Source of the DNA: an uncultured Neisseriaceae bacterium
GTDB lineage: Bacteria; Pseudomonadota; Gammaproteobacteria; Burkholderiales; Neisseriaceae
Assembly (NCBI GenBank): GCA_946481965.1
Contig: CAMLPN010000005.1
Span: forward strand, 301 to 64,300
Length of the DNA: 64,000 bases
Direction of reading: 5' to 3'
Shown one piece after another: positions 44,031 to 54,618 of this stretch. The notes below the pieces were generated by a model. That model saw nothing but the letters and a program-made list of their open reading frames with translations, was not told where the DNA came from and ran no database searches. Within the stretch, counting starts at the first letter, position 1. Each line of letters starts with the position of its first letter. Both the position numbers and the translations under genes were made by a program.

Positions 44031-45056
44031 TCATTGTTCGGGCGAAGACAATTGCTCAGCGACACCCGCTTGAATTTTGGTAATTGAGTCTGCTTTAATC
44101 GCTTTATAAGCTTCCTGCAAAGCAAAACTGAAACCCGTAGCATCTGTACCACCGTGACTTTTCACTACCACGCCTCGCAAACCCAGAAAAATAGCTCCGT
44201 TAAAGCGACGTGGATCAAGACGTCGTTTAAAACTTTTGAATACCGGCAAAGCAATCAATGCGGTTAATTTATTAAACCAACTGCGGGTAAACTCTTCTTT
44301 AATGACTGCTCCAAAAAATTTCACTGCACCTTCAATACTTTTAAGCATGGCATTGCCGGTAAAACCGTCGACAACCAATACATCTACTTCAGCGGTAAAA
44401 ATAGCATTACCTTCGACATTACCCACAAAATTGAGCTTACTGTCACGCAAGAGCTGATGTGCCTCTTTTGCGGCTGCATTGCCTTTGATATCTTCGGTAC
44501 CAACATTTAATAAACCTACTCGTGGCTGAGTATTCTCTGGCATCAAGGAAGAAACTAACTGACTTCCAGCAACTGCAAACTGCAATAACTGTTCACCACT
44601 ACAATCAACATTTGCACCCAGATCCAATACCAGTGTCAGGTGATTATTATGAGCAGGCAGAAATTTAGCAATTGCCGGTCGATTAATACCGGGTATGGTT
44701 TTTAATACAAATCGTGCCGTTGCCATTAACGCGCCGGTATTACCTGCGGAGACAGCAGCCTGTGCATTACCTTCCTTGATCTGGTTGATGGCAACACGCA
44801 TAGAAGAATCCCGCTTATTTTTCAAAGCTGATGACGGTTCTTCATCCATATCAACTACTTCACTAGCCGGCTGAATGGTCACCCTACCTAAAGAAGCATT
44901 GCTTTTAGCCAGTGCAGCTTTGATAAGTACTTCATCCCCTACCAGAATCAGTGCTGCATCACTTTGTAGCTGTAAGAAATTCAACGCACCCTGAATGGTG
45001 ACATCCAGTCCGTAGTCGCCGCTCATTACATCAACGGCGATAGTTTTTAAGGTCAT
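44031..45056 (-). CDS. plsX: Phosphate acyltransferase PlsX
   Basis: IAVDVMSGDYG, SAGNTGA, LDLGAN, KSHG. Confidence 0.95.
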   Translation of the reverse strand: MTLKTIAVDVMSGDYGLDVTIQGALNFLQLQSDAALILVGDEVLIKAALAKSNASLGRVTIQPASEVVDMDEEPSSALKNKRDSSMRVAINQIKEGNAQAAVSAGNTGALMATARFVLKTIPGINRPAIAKFLPAHNNHLTLVLDLGANVDCSGEQLLQFAVAGSQLVSSLMPENTQPRVGLLNVGTEDIKGNAAAKEAHQLLRDSKLNFVGNVEGNAIFTAEVDVLVVDGFTGNAMLKSIEGAVKFFGAVIKEEFTRSWFNKLTALIALPVFKSFKRRLDPRRFNGAIFLGLRGVVVKSHGGTDATGFSFALQEAYKAIKADSITKIQAGVAEQLSSPEQ

Positions 45057-45059
45057 AGA

Positions 45060-45587
45060 TCAGTTCTCAGGTAAAGATTGATTTGCAACATTACAATAAT
45101 GTTCATCAATATCAAGTGCATCCCATGGATAATTGATCCACCAGTCATCCACTTGTATCGCACTGTAAAATGGCATATCAGCTGGCAAAACTCCTTTTTT
45201 GGGTTTGCGCTTTTCATGCAATACAGCTACACCAAGCTGATTGAAGCCTTCCTGCTGTAATTCCCGGATACAGTATTCCAGTGTAGCACGGCTATCATCC
45301 ACTTCATCAATGATCAGTAATTTTTTGTCTTTAAGTTGTTGATCAAATCCTTCAGTCCACTGAATTTTCTGAGGAAGATCAGTCGGCTTATCATTGACAT
45401 CATAATAAGATAAAGTGACGGTATACACAGGTATATTCAGATAGCTACGTAATATTCGTGCCGGAATAAATCCGCCGCCACCGATGGCAATCATAGCATC
45501 AAATGAATGCTCTGATGCCTGAATTTTTTCTGCCAGTTGTTTAATAGCACGATGTATGTCTTCGTAGTTATACCAGATTTTTTTCAT
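45060..45587 (-). CDS. Type I phosphoribosyltransferase (purine-salvage-like)
   Basis: IGGGGFIPARIL, PRPP loop LIIDEVDDSRATL, WINYPW. Confidence 0.85.
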   Translation of the reverse strand: MKKIWYNYEDIHRAIKQLAEKIQASEHSFDAMIAIGGGGFIPARILRSYLNIPVYTVTLSYYDVNDKPTDLPQKIQWTEGFDQQLKDKKLLIIDEVDDSRATLEYCIRELQQEGFNQLGVAVLHEKRKPKKGVLPADMPFYSAIQVDDWWINYPWDALDIDEHYCNVANQSLPEN

Positions 45588-45684
45588 GTAAAGCTCGGAT
45601 CAGTATAAATTAGGCCATAACTGGCAATAAATTGTGAGTATTGCATAGATATCTATGCAAACAATACCTGTAAATAATTAATAC

Positions 45685-45721
45685 AAAAAAGCCAGTGATT
45701 GCAACAGCAATGCCTGGCTTA
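45685..45721 (-). terminator. Terminator after rpmF
   Basis: Minus strand AAGCCAG...CTGGC followed by TTTTTT. Confidence 0.7.
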
Positions 45722-45749
45722 CACACATGTCAAATAATCACTAATGTAA

Positions 45750-45929
45750 TTATTCACCTTTGGCTTTAACTACTTTACGACCACGGTACATACCATTTGG
45801 AGAAATGTGGTGACGCAAGTGTACTTCGCCAGTATTAACATCGGTAGAAACCTGCACTGCGGTCAAACCGTCATGTGAGCGATGCATACCGCGTTTAGAT
45901 GATGATTTTTTGTTTTGTTGAACTGCCAT
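45750..45929 (-). CDS. rpmF: 50S ribosomal protein L32 (59 aa, missed by the ORF track)
   Basis: [22 protein letters not shown]...[17 protein letters not shown], translated by hand. Confidence 0.96.
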   Translation of the reverse strand: MAVQQNKKSSSKRGMHRSHDGLTAVQVSTDVNTGEVHLRHHISPNGMYRGRKVVKAKGE

Positions 45930-45959
45930 GTTAAAGCTCCTGATAAGTAAGTTAATTCG

Positions 45960-46463
45960 TTAGTGGCCGCTTTTCAACCCCGCCAGTTTGGCAAAAGGAT
46001 TATCTGAGGCCTGATTGTTTGATGATGCCAATACGTGATCACAATCGTCGTGTCGCGGTGCAACCGGAATAGCCATGAGAATCTGGTCTTCAATTAATGA
46101 AATCAGATTAAACTCTTGCTGCCACAAAGCACCTTCAAGTGTTTCATCTGCGACCATAGCTTCATCCAATGATTGTTCATCCCTAAACAGAACAATATGA
46201 GACTGATCATCTAAAACCCAAGAAACTGCCTGTAAACAGCGTTGGCATACCAAATGCAATTCGCCTTTTACATGCACATTGATAAAAGGACGTTGCCAGC
46301 GATCAATACCACCGCGAGCCTGAAACTGTATTATGCCGTCACGTTGCGCCAGAAGTTCATGTGACCAAACCCGCTTGTCCAGTTCCTGCAAATGTACTTC
46401 ACCACCGCATTGCTGCTGTTCGCGCGTAAACGTGAGCGTATCTATCAAAATAGGGTCTAACAT
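45960..46463 (-). CDS. yceD: YceD/DUF177 family protein
   Basis: CQRCL, LIEDQILMAIP, NPFAKL; directly upstream of rpmF. Confidence 0.9.
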   Translation of the reverse strand: MLDPILIDTLTFTREQQQCGGEVHLQELDKRVWSHELLAQRDGIIQFQARGGIDRWQRPFINVHVKGELHLVCQRCLQAVSWVLDDQSHIVLFRDEQSLDEAMVADETLEGALWQQEFNLISLIEDQILMAIPVAPRHDDCDHVLASSNNQASDNPFAKLAGLKSGH

Positions 46464-46515
46464 AAACGGCCGATGATATAATTTAAGCTTTCTAATGTCA
46501 ATGAGTTTGCTATTA

Positions 46516-47106
46516 ATGAAGATAAAGAAAAGGTTAATTCTGGCTTCCAGCTCACGTTTTCGCCAACAGCAGCTACTACAATTACAATTACCATTTGAAG
46601 CGGTGAATCCAGATTATGACGAATCTCCATTATTCAATGAAAATGCTGCGCAAACAGCTTTGCGACTGGCAGCAGGAAAAGCAAATTCTGTAGCCAACCA
46701 ATTTCCGGACGCACTAATTATTGGCTGTGATCAGGTGGCATGGTGTGGACATCGTCAGCTTGGAAAGCCGCAAAACGTAGCAAAAGCACAACAAATGCTG
46801 GCCAGCATCAGCGGAAAGGAAGTCATTTTTTACAGTGCACTGGTATTAATGAATCCGGCAGAAAAACGATTACATCAACACATTGATGAAACCCGAGTGA
46901 TGATGCGTGATTTAACTCCGGCTCAAATTGAGCATTATCTAACACTGGAACCAGATGCTATCTACTGTGCTGGCGCAGCAAAAAGTGAAGGTTTAGGTGC
47001 GTTGCTAATTAAACGCATTCACAGTTCTGACCCGAATGCTTTAATAGGCCTGCCGGTTTTTCATTTGATCGATTTTTTGCTGGCTGAAGGAATCCATATT
47101 TTATGA
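46516..47106 (+). CDS. yceF: Maf-family nucleotide pyrophosphatase (YceF type)
   Basis: LILASSSRFR, IGCDQV, GKP, CAGAAKSEGLG, NALIGLP; divergent from yceD; start uncertain (46495 or 46516). Confidence 0.85.
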   Translation: MKIKKRLILASSSRFRQQQLLQLQLPFEAVNPDYDESPLFNENAAQTALRLAAGKANSVANQFPDALIIGCDQVAWCGHRQLGKPQNVAKAQQMLASISGKEVIFYSALVLMNPAEKRLHQHIDETRVMMRDLTPAQIEHYLTLEPDAIYCAGAAKSEGLGALLIKRIHSSDPNALIGLPVFHLIDFLLAEGIHIL

Positions 47107-47816
47107 CTACCCCTACTTTATATCTGATCCCAACGCCGCTGGGCACAGCTGATACTCCCTGTTTATTACCTCATGAACAGGCACAAATTCAGACACTAAC
47201 AGATTTTGTTGTTGAAGCTGAAAAAACAGCGCGCGCTCATCTGAAGGCATTCGGTATTAAGACACCGATTCGCGAACTTAATTTGTGCACTTTAAATGAA
47301 CACACTTCTGAAAAAGACATAACAGCTTTGTTGCAACCTTTACAAGCAGGCAGAAGCATGGGGCTGTTAAGTGAAGCGGGCTGTCCAGCGGTTGCCGATC
47401 CAGGCGCTCAATTGGTTGCTAAGGCACATCAGGCTGGATTTGCGGTTGTACCGCTTATTGGTCCTTCCAGCATTATGCTGGCTTTAATGGCATCGGGTGC
47501 AAATGGGCAGTGTTTTGCTTTTAAAGGCTATTTACCCACCGAAAAAAACGCACGCATTAATCGCTTAAAAGAACTGGAAATACGCTCGCGTCAGGAGAAT
47601 GAAACGCAACTATTTATTGAAACACCTTATCGCAATGATGCTCTACTGGCCGATACCATCTCGACTTTACACCAACAAACTCGTTTATGTGTCGCCACTG
47701 ATTTGACTCTACCCTCACAAAAAATTATCAGTCAGCCGATAGCTGCATGGCGGCAAATGAAAATTTTGCCTTCATTAAAAAAACGACCCTCTTTATTTGT
47801 GATCTACACTGGTTAA
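47103..47816 (+). CDS. SAM-dependent tetrapyrrole-methylase-family methyltransferase (RsmI-like)
   Basis: LYLIPTPLG, LSEAGCPAVADPG, GPSSI, FIETPYRN. Confidence 0.85.
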   Translation: MTTPTLYLIPTPLGTADTPCLLPHEQAQIQTLTDFVVEAEKTARAHLKAFGIKTPIRELNLCTLNEHTSEKDITALLQPLQAGRSMGLLSEAGCPAVADPGAQLVAKAHQAGFAVVPLIGPSSIMLALMASGANGQCFAFKGYLPTEKNARINRLKELEIRSRQENETQLFIETPYRNDALLADTISTLHQQTRLCVATDLTLPSQKIISQPIAAWRQMKILPSLKKRPSLFVIYTG

Positions 47817-47861
47817 TCACTAATCGGACAAAATTTTTAAACATCATTGGAGCAAATAGTC

Positions 47862-47890
47862 TTGTCAGCGTGAATTTGACTGCCTATAAT
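47862..47890 (+). promoter_or_regulatory. Sigma70 promoter of tRNA-Pro
   Basis: TTGTCA-17 nt-TATAAT, 13 nt upstream of the tRNA. Confidence 0.8.
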
Positions 47891-47903
47891 GCTGATCTTC
47901 ATT

Positions 47904-47980
47904 CGGAGTGTAGCGCAGCCCGGTAGCGCACCTCGTTCGGGACGAGGGGGTCGAAGGTTCGAATCCTTTCACTCCGACCA
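47904..47980 (+). tRNA. tRNA-Pro(CGG)
   Basis: CGGAGTGTAGCGCAGCCCGGTAGCGCACCTCGTT-CGG-GACGAGGGGGTCGAAGGTTCGAATCCTTTCACTCCGACCA. Confidence 0.97.
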
Positions 47981-47987
47981 GATTTGA

Positions 47988-48023
47988 AAGCCACCTTACT
48001 GTAAATTGTAGGTGGTTTTTTTA
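47988..48023 (+). terminator. Terminator after tRNA-Pro
   Basis: GCCACCT...AGGTGGT followed by a T-tract. Confidence 0.7.
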
Positions 48024-48218
48024 ATGATTTATGCCTGTTTGTCAATATTTCCATTTATCACTAATAACCTGATTTATTTAAATTTTTTTATATTTAAGCC
48101 CATAATCCATCAAAAATATTGCAGATTTATTGTTTTTGAAAAATTTCATAGTTTATCTATATAGTTTTACAAAATAATTTGATTTATAAACAGATAAATT
48201 TTTTTTGTAAAATAATTG

Positions 48219-48247
48219 TTGACACTATGCATTCTGCAATACATACT
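48219..48247 (+). promoter_or_regulatory. Sigma70 promoter of dctA
   Basis: TTGACA-17 nt-CATACT. Confidence 0.65.
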
Positions 48248-48340
48248 CAAGTGAAAAAAAAGCGTATCTATAAACGCATATAAACAAAAAATACCGGCAG
48301 TTTATTTTTAATTTAAATATCAATTACTTTGAGGTAAATC

Positions 48341-49627
48341 ATGATACCTATTGATACTAATAAGGCGACTTCTCCAACCAAGAAAATACGTTGGTACAAA
48401 GTACTTTACATACAAGTCATTATTGCCATTATTATTGGTATTCTGCTGGGTCATTATTTTCCGACAACTGGTGAAAGCATGAAACCTCTGGGTGATGCTT
48501 TTATCAAGCTGGTAAAAATGATTATTTCCCCGGTCATTTTTCTGACTGTCGTTTTGGGTATTGCTGAAATGACAAACATGAAAACCATGGGTCGTGTGGT
48601 AGGTAAATCAATGGCTTACTTCATCACATTCTCAACACTGGCCTTGGCCATAGGGATGTTAGTAGCAAATATTGCCCAGCCGGGAAGTGGTCTGAATATT
48701 GATGCAAGTACCTTAGACAGTAGTAAAGTTGCCGAATATGTGGAGAAATCGCATGATTCCAGTCTGACTGGTTTTTTAATGAATATTATTCCCAACACCA
48801 TATTAAGTCCGCTGAATAATGGCAATATTTTACAAACATTATTTGTAGCCATCTTATTGGGAATATCACTGGCATTAACCGCGGAAAAATCACGTCCATT
48901 AATTGATTTTTTTGAGACATTGTCTGCACCAGTTTTTAAATTGGTATCGATTTTGATGCAGGCAGCACCAGTGGGCGCATTCGGCGCCATGGCCTTTACT
49001 ATCGGCAAATATGGTATTGGTTCTATTGGTAATTTGTTATATCTGATTTTAACTTTCTATGTCTCCTCTGTTTTATTTATATTGTTAGTATTAGGTGCAG
49101 TGGCCCGCTACAATGGTTTTTCAATTATCAAACTGGTGAAATACATCAAAGAAGAATTATTACTGGTACTTGGTACCAGTTCTTCTGAGGCAGCACTTCC
49201 AACTTTAATGCAGAAAATGGAAAAGGCTGGTTGCCAGAAATCTATTGTTGGTATTGTTGTTCCGACAGGATATTCATTTAATCTGGATGGAACCAATATT
49301 TACATGACCATGGCTGCATTATTTATTGCACAGGCCTGCAATATAGATTTAACCTTACAACAGCAAATTTTACTTCTTCTGGTAGCAATGCTTAGTTCTA
49401 AAGGTGCTGCCGGAGTAACAGGTGCAGGTTTCATTACACTGGCAGCAACCATATCTGTTGTCCCTTCTATTCCGATAGCTGGTATGGCCTTAATTTTAGG
49501 TATAGATCGGTTTATGTCTGAATGTCGTGCATTAACCAATCTTGTTGGTAATGCCTGTGCCACTATAGTCATTGCTCGCTGGGAAAAAGGACTGGATACG
49601 AAAAAACTAGAAGAAGTAATGAAATAA
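48341..49627 (+). CDS. dctA: C4-dicarboxylate transporter
   Basis: [48 protein letters not shown]. Confidence 0.93.
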   Translation: MIPIDTNKATSPTKKIRWYKVLYIQVIIAIIIGILLGHYFPTTGESMKPLGDAFIKLVKMIISPVIFLTVVLGIAEMTNMKTMGRVVGKSMAYFITFSTLALAIGMLVANIAQPGSGLNIDASTLDSSKVAEYVEKSHDSSLTGFLMNIIPNTILSPLNNGNILQTLFVAILLGISLALTAEKSRPLIDFFETLSAPVFKLVSILMQAAPVGAFGAMAFTIGKYGIGSIGNLLYLILTFYVSSVLFILLVLGAVARYNGFSIIKLVKYIKEELLLVLGTSSSEAALPTLMQKMEKAGCQKSIVGIVVPTGYSFNLDGTNIYMTMAALFIAQACNIDLTLQQQILLLLVAMLSSKGAAGVTGAGFITLAATISVVPSIPIAGMALILGIDRFMSECRALTNLVGNACATIVIARWEKGLDTKKLEEVMK

Positions 49628-49668
49628 CAACACACAATAAATCGTTTATTTGAAGAATTAATCATATT

Positions 49669-49703
49669 AAAAAAGTGATGAGAATATAATCTCATCACTT
49701 TTT
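49669..49703. terminator. Bidirectional terminator between dctA and metG
   Basis: AAAAAGTGATGAG-aatataat-CTCATCACTTTTT. Confidence 0.85.
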
Positions 49704-49755
49704 CTTGATTTAAAAAACACAGTTTAATTAAATCAACTTGAGCCAATAAGGGTTA

Positions 49756-51816
49756 TTAACCAACCTTCATGCCCGGCTGAGCCCCGCTATCCACATCCAG
49801 CAAAAAGAGCTGGTCATTACCCGAAGCTGAAGTAATCATTCCTTCAGAGAAGCCAAATTTAGCCATTTTACGTGCAGCAAAGTTTACGACCATAATAACC
49901 ATTCGTCCCACTAATTTATCCGGCTCTGGATAACTGGCAGCTATACCAGAAAATACTGTACGTTGTTCAAATCCAAGATCAAGCTTGAATTTCAATAACT
50001 TACTACTACCCTCAACTTTTTCACACGCCAATACTTTCGCCACTCTCATATCAATTTTCATAAAATCATCAAATGATACGGTAGGAGCAACAGGTTCATA
50101 TTTATTCTCAACTGTAGTAGTTTGTGCAGTCTGAATATTCTGTTTATTAGCAGCAACTAAATCATCCATTTGTTTTGCCTCCACTCGTTGCATTAAATGC
50201 TGATAATGATTGATATTGTGACCAGCAGGTAATATTGACTTGCTATCCGACCACTGCAGGGGAGCCACATTCAGAAAAGCAGCAGCCTCGGTTGCCAGAT
50301 TAGGAAGTACCGGTGATAAATAAACTGTTAAAATGCGGAAGGCATTTATTAACTCACTACATACCTGTTGTAGTCGTGCGTCTTCACCCTCCTGTCGAGC
50401 CAATTCCCATGGTTTATTAGCATCAACATATTCATTAACCACATCAGCTAAAGCCATGATTTCACGTAAGGCACGTGCATATTCACGTGCTTCATAACTG
50501 GCAGCAATGCTTTCACTTTGTGCTTGTAATTGTGACAATAATTTACTGCTACTTACATCAGTTAATTTACCTTGAAAGCGTTTACTGATGAAACCGGCGG
50601 CCCGTGCAGCAATGTTGACATATTTTCCGACCAGATCACTATTAACACGAGCAACAAAATCAGTCAGATTTAAGTCCAGATCTTCAATTTTACTATTGAG
50701 CTTTGCAGCAAAATAATAGCGCAACCACTCAGGATTTAACTTTTGTTCCAGATAAGAATGAGCAGTAATAAACGTACCACGAGATTTGGACATTTTCTGT
50801 CCATCTACAGTCAGAAAACCATGGGCAAATACGCCAGTAGGTTCGCGAAGATCGGCATATTTTAAAGTAGCCGGCCAGAACAGTGCATGAAAATATAAAA
50901 TGTCTTTACCAATAAAATGATACATTTCGGTTGTGGTATCAGTTTTAAACCAGCTATCAAAATCAATACCAATACGATCACATAAATTTTTAAAAGATGC
51001 CATGTAACCAATGGGTGCATCCAGCCAAACATAGAAATATTTATTCGGTGCATCTGGAATTTCAAAACCAAAATACGGGGCATCGCGACTGATATCCCAG
51101 TCATTTAATTGGTCAGTTTGCAACCATTCATTCATTTTATTCAAAGCTTCAGCCTGCAGGTGTGGCTGTTGGCAACCATCGATAAGCGTCGAAGTACCCG
51201 CCGTCCATTGTTTCAGATAGTCAGCACAATCCCCCAGCTTAAAAAAGAAATGCTCTGATTCTTTCAGTACCGGCGTTGCGCCCGAAATAGCGGAATAAGG
51301 TTTGATTAATTCTGTCGGGCTATAAGTAGCACCACATACCTCACAATTATCGCCATATTGATCCTGTGCATGGCATTTTGGACATTCTCCTTTAACAAAC
51401 CGATCAGGTAGAAACAGTTTTTTTTCTGGATCAAATAATTGTTCGATGGTGCGACTCTCTATTTTTCCGTTTTGTTTTAAAGCCAAATAGATTTGCCGTG
51501 ATAAAGCTTCATTTTCCGGTGAATGCGTGCTGTAATAATTATCATAACCGATACCAAAGCCAGTGAAATCGGCCAAATGACTCTCACGCACACTGGCAAT
51601 CATTTCTTCCGGGGTAACTCCTTGCTTTTGAGCAGCCAGCATAACTGGCGTACCATGTGTGTCATCTGCACAAACATAATAGCATTCATGGCCACGGGAT
51701 TTCTGAAACCGTACCCAAATATCTGTCTGAATATGTTCGACCATATGCCCTAAATGAATGCCGCCATTAGCATATGGCAAAGCAGAAGTCACCAGTATTT
51801 GTCGTTTTTGAGTCAT
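49756..51816 (-). CDS. metG: Methionine--tRNA ligase
   Basis: PYANG.IHLGH, CPKC Zn knuckle, KMSKS, C-terminal tRNA-binding domain. Confidence 0.97.
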   Translation of the reverse strand: MTQKRQILVTSALPYANGGIHLGHMVEHIQTDIWVRFQKSRGHECYYVCADDTHGTPVMLAAQKQGVTPEEMIASVRESHLADFTGFGIGYDNYYSTHSPENEALSRQIYLALKQNGKIESRTIEQLFDPEKKLFLPDRFVKGECPKCHAQDQYGDNCEVCGATYSPTELIKPYSAISGATPVLKESEHFFFKLGDCADYLKQWTAGTSTLIDGCQQPHLQAEALNKMNEWLQTDQLNDWDISRDAPYFGFEIPDAPNKYFYVWLDAPIGYMASFKNLCDRIGIDFDSWFKTDTTTEMYHFIGKDILYFHALFWPATLKYADLREPTGVFAHGFLTVDGQKMSKSRGTFITAHSYLEQKLNPEWLRYYFAAKLNSKIEDLDLNLTDFVARVNSDLVGKYVNIAARAAGFISKRFQGKLTDVSSSKLLSQLQAQSESIAASYEAREYARALREIMALADVVNEYVDANKPWELARQEGEDARLQQVCSELINAFRILTVYLSPVLPNLATEAAAFLNVAPLQWSDSKSILPAGHNINHYQHLMQRVEAKQMDDLVAANKQNIQTAQTTTVENKYEPVAPTVSFDDFMKIDMRVAKVLACEKVEGSSKLLKFKLDLGFEQRTVFSGIAASYPEPDKLVGRMVIMVVNFAARKMAKFGFSEGMITSASGNDQLFLLDVDSGAQPGMKVG

Positions 51817-52741
51817 GATTTTGTATCGTTATATTAATAAAATAGGGAAATTATAACAGAGACGTTTTTCTCTCCATAGCTATCATAGAAGTAAGTGTCA
51901 TAACAAATCACATTTTCTGCCTAGTAGGCTTATATTGCATACACAAACTAGATAATCTTTTTATTTCTCATGTAGATCTATCCATAATGATTGCTGATTA
52001 CTTTATATTTTATTAATTTGTGATATATAACATCTAATTTTCTTTTGTTTATTAATCGCTGCTATTAAGGATACTTACCGCTTTTCTCCTACTAATAAGC
52101 ACTTACTCTTACCACGTGAGCAAAAATTTCTACTAACTCAGTTTATACTCCGCAATCGATTACCTTTCTAATGTAAATTTAATTATCAGGTTAAACATAG
52201 GTAATATTGCTTTTAAAGATTTTATCTGCTGTGCAAAATTTAATTTCCGTGATAAAGATTATTTTCATCCATAACGGCAACTTGCTTAAAATATTGATAA
52301 TTGTATAGAAAAAGAATTATTACGCTGGCAAAATGCTCATTTATGGAGTTTGTCGCCCTTTTAGCCAAATTTTTTTTAAAAACCACATTACCGTAAAAGA
52401 CTAGTGATAGTTTGTTATTGATGATTTTTAAATTTATTACTAAATCAGTTTGCTAGTTTTTATCCAAATCCACTATATTGATAAATAACCCAAAATTAAT
52501 AGTCTATATCGACAAAAATATTTTTATCTCTAAGTTTAATTAAAGGTATATCCATTGATTTAATTATCTATATTTCATAATTTAAAATATTTGATAATGA
52601 TATTTTGATCTTAGAAGTTCTACAACTAATAAAAATAGAAAATTAAACTTCCGAAAAATACCATTATCATTTTTATCAAAAAACAACTTTTCTAAATTGA
52701 TCAGATATTATGGAACAATTGTAGATACCAGCAGTTTTAAA

Positions 52742-53347
52742 TCAACTTAATGTTTGTTTTTCTGCTTTAGCCCATTCTGGCAATACCCATTTCACAGCAT
52801 CATGCGGTTGCCAATGTCGCATTTGTTCCAGCAGATTTTCCGCATCATCAGCCACACACAGCAAATCCATATTTTGCTGTGGCATAAACCCAGCATCAGC
52901 AGTATTTTGTAACATTTGTAACAAAGGATCAAAAAAGCCTGCAACGTTTAAAATACCGATCGGATACGGATGTAGTTTCAATTGTGCCTGTGATAAAACT
53001 TCAAAAAGCTCTTCATAAGTACCCAAGCCACCTGGCATTGCTATAAATCCTTCGGCCAGTTCTATCATTTTATTTTTGCGATCAGTCATATTGGCGGTTT
53101 CATACAGCTTATTCAGCCCCAAATGAGCTCCTTCCTTTTTTTTCAGAAAAGTTGGAATCACACCAATAACTTCACCACCGTTTTCCAAAACTGACGAAGC
53201 AATGGTACCCATTAATCCGATATTGCCACCGCCATAAACCAATCGACATCCCTGTTCGGCTAGCACTTTCCCCAAGTTTTGGGCAGCTTCAAAATACGCT
53301 TTATTTGTACCCAAATTAGAACCACAATAAACAACAATACTTTTCAT
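52742..53347 (-). CDS. LOG-family protein (TIGR00730-like)
   Basis: VYCGS, YGGGNIGLMG, RK..M, PGGLGTYEEL; start uncertain (53347 or 53359). Confidence 0.9.
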   Translation of the reverse strand: MKSIVVYCGSNLGTNKAYFEAAQNLGKVLAEQGCRLVYGGGNIGLMGTIASSVLENGGEVIGVIPTFLKKKEGAHLGLNKLYETANMTDRKNKMIELAEGFIAMPGGLGTYEELFEVLSQAQLKLHPYPIGILNVAGFFDPLLQMLQNTADAGFMPQQNMDLLCVADDAENLLEQMRHWQPHDAVKWVLPEWAKAEKQTLS

Positions 53348-53464
53348 ATTTCTTTCCATTTATTTTCAGATTGCCATCGTTCAAGCAATCAATTATTTTT
53401 ATTACCCCAACTAAAATATCAATTTAGACTAATTTAATTTTTCAATACCAATGCAGATATTCAA

Positions 53465-54541
53465 TTAGATAACTGCAACTGGATAGGAGCCAATCACTTT
53501 GACAAACGCAGAACGCTGTTGCAATTCAGCCAGTGCCGCATAGATCTTCTGATCCTGCTGATGCCCCTCTATATCAATAAAAAACACATATTCCCATAAT
53601 CCACCATGACTGGGTCTGCTTTCCAGTTTGGTCATGGAAACGCCATGATCAGCAAATGGTTGCAGCAAGCCATGAACAGCACCAGCCTGATTAGGTGCGG
53701 CCACGATAAGTGACGTTTTATCTCTACCACTAGGGTTAGTATCATTATGCCCTAAGACCAAAAAGCGAGTGGTATTATTTGGCTCGTCTTCAATATTATT
53801 AGTCAGCGCACACAATTGATAGTATTCAGCAGCCATCAATGAAGCAATAGCTACCGCACTGCTGTCCTGCGCAGCCATACGCGCTGCTTCGGCATTACTG
53901 GCCACAGCAATGCGAGCTACACCAGCCGGCAAATTTTTATCCAACCAGTTACGACATTGCGCTAATGCCTGAGCATGCGCATACACTTTATCAAAACCCT
54001 GCTGTTCATTGTTTTTGCGCAATAAGTGGTGATGGATGCGTAATATCACCTCTCCACACGCTTTTAAGGGTGTTTTAACCAACAAATCCAGACTACGCCC
54101 GATAGAACCTTCAGTAGAATTTTCTATTGGTGTGATTACATAATCGGCTTGATTGGCTTCAACCAGTCGAAATGCTTCATCAATTGATGAACAAGGCTGT
54201 GTTTGTACTGCCTGACCAAAATGTTTTAGTGCCGCCTGTTCAGTAAACGTACCTTTCGGTCCCAGATAGGCAATGGTTAAAGGACGTTCTAAAGCCAAAC
54301 ATTCGCTCATGATTGCTCGCTGCAACCGCGCAACGGCCAGATTGGATAATGGTCCGGGATTTAACTTCTGCACTCGACGCAATACAACTGCTTCCCGTTC
54401 AGGTCGATAAATAACCTGATCTCCCTTTATGTGCCCAATTGCCTGAGCATGAGTAGCACGCTGGTTAAGTAAGCGTAAAATTTCACTATCAATGTGATCT
54501 ATGGCATCACGGTGTGGTTTTAGTTTTTCGTTATCAGACAT
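53465..54541 (-). CDS. pheA: Chorismate mutase/prephenate dehydratase
   Basis: RDAIDHID CM domain, YLGPKGTF, PIENSTEG, NTTRF, ESRP. Confidence 0.96.
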   Translation of the reverse strand: MSDNEKLKPHRDAIDHIDSEILRLLNQRATHAQAIGHIKGDQVIYRPEREAVVLRRVQKLNPGPLSNLAVARLQRAIMSECLALERPLTIAYLGPKGTFTEQAALKHFGQAVQTQPCSSIDEAFRLVEANQADYVITPIENSTEGSIGRSLDLLVKTPLKACGEVILRIHHHLLRKNNEQQGFDKVYAHAQALAQCRNWLDKNLPAGVARIAVASNAEAARMAAQDSSAVAIASLMAAEYYQLCALTNNIEDEPNNTTRFLVLGHNDTNPSGRDKTSLIVAAPNQAGAVHGLLQPFADHGVSMTKLESRPSHGGLWEYVFFIDIEGHQQDQKIYAALAELQQRSAFVKVIGSYPVAVI

Positions 54542-54574
54542 AATAAATAGTAGCGTTAATAATTATAACTGGCA

Positions 54575-54612
54575 CAAAAAAAGCAGCCTGAAACGAATTT
54601 ACAGACTGCTGC
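54575..54612 (-). terminator. Terminator after the MFS gene containing a DUS-like motif
   Basis: Minus strand GCAGTCTG-N11-CAGGCTGC followed by a T-tract; plus strand contains AAGCAGCCTGAA. Confidence 0.65.
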
Positions 54613-54618
54613 CATTGA

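Noticed and set aside
48616-49746. 130-aa and 148-aa ORFs antisense to dctA
   Set aside because: Shadow ORFs of a membrane-protein gene
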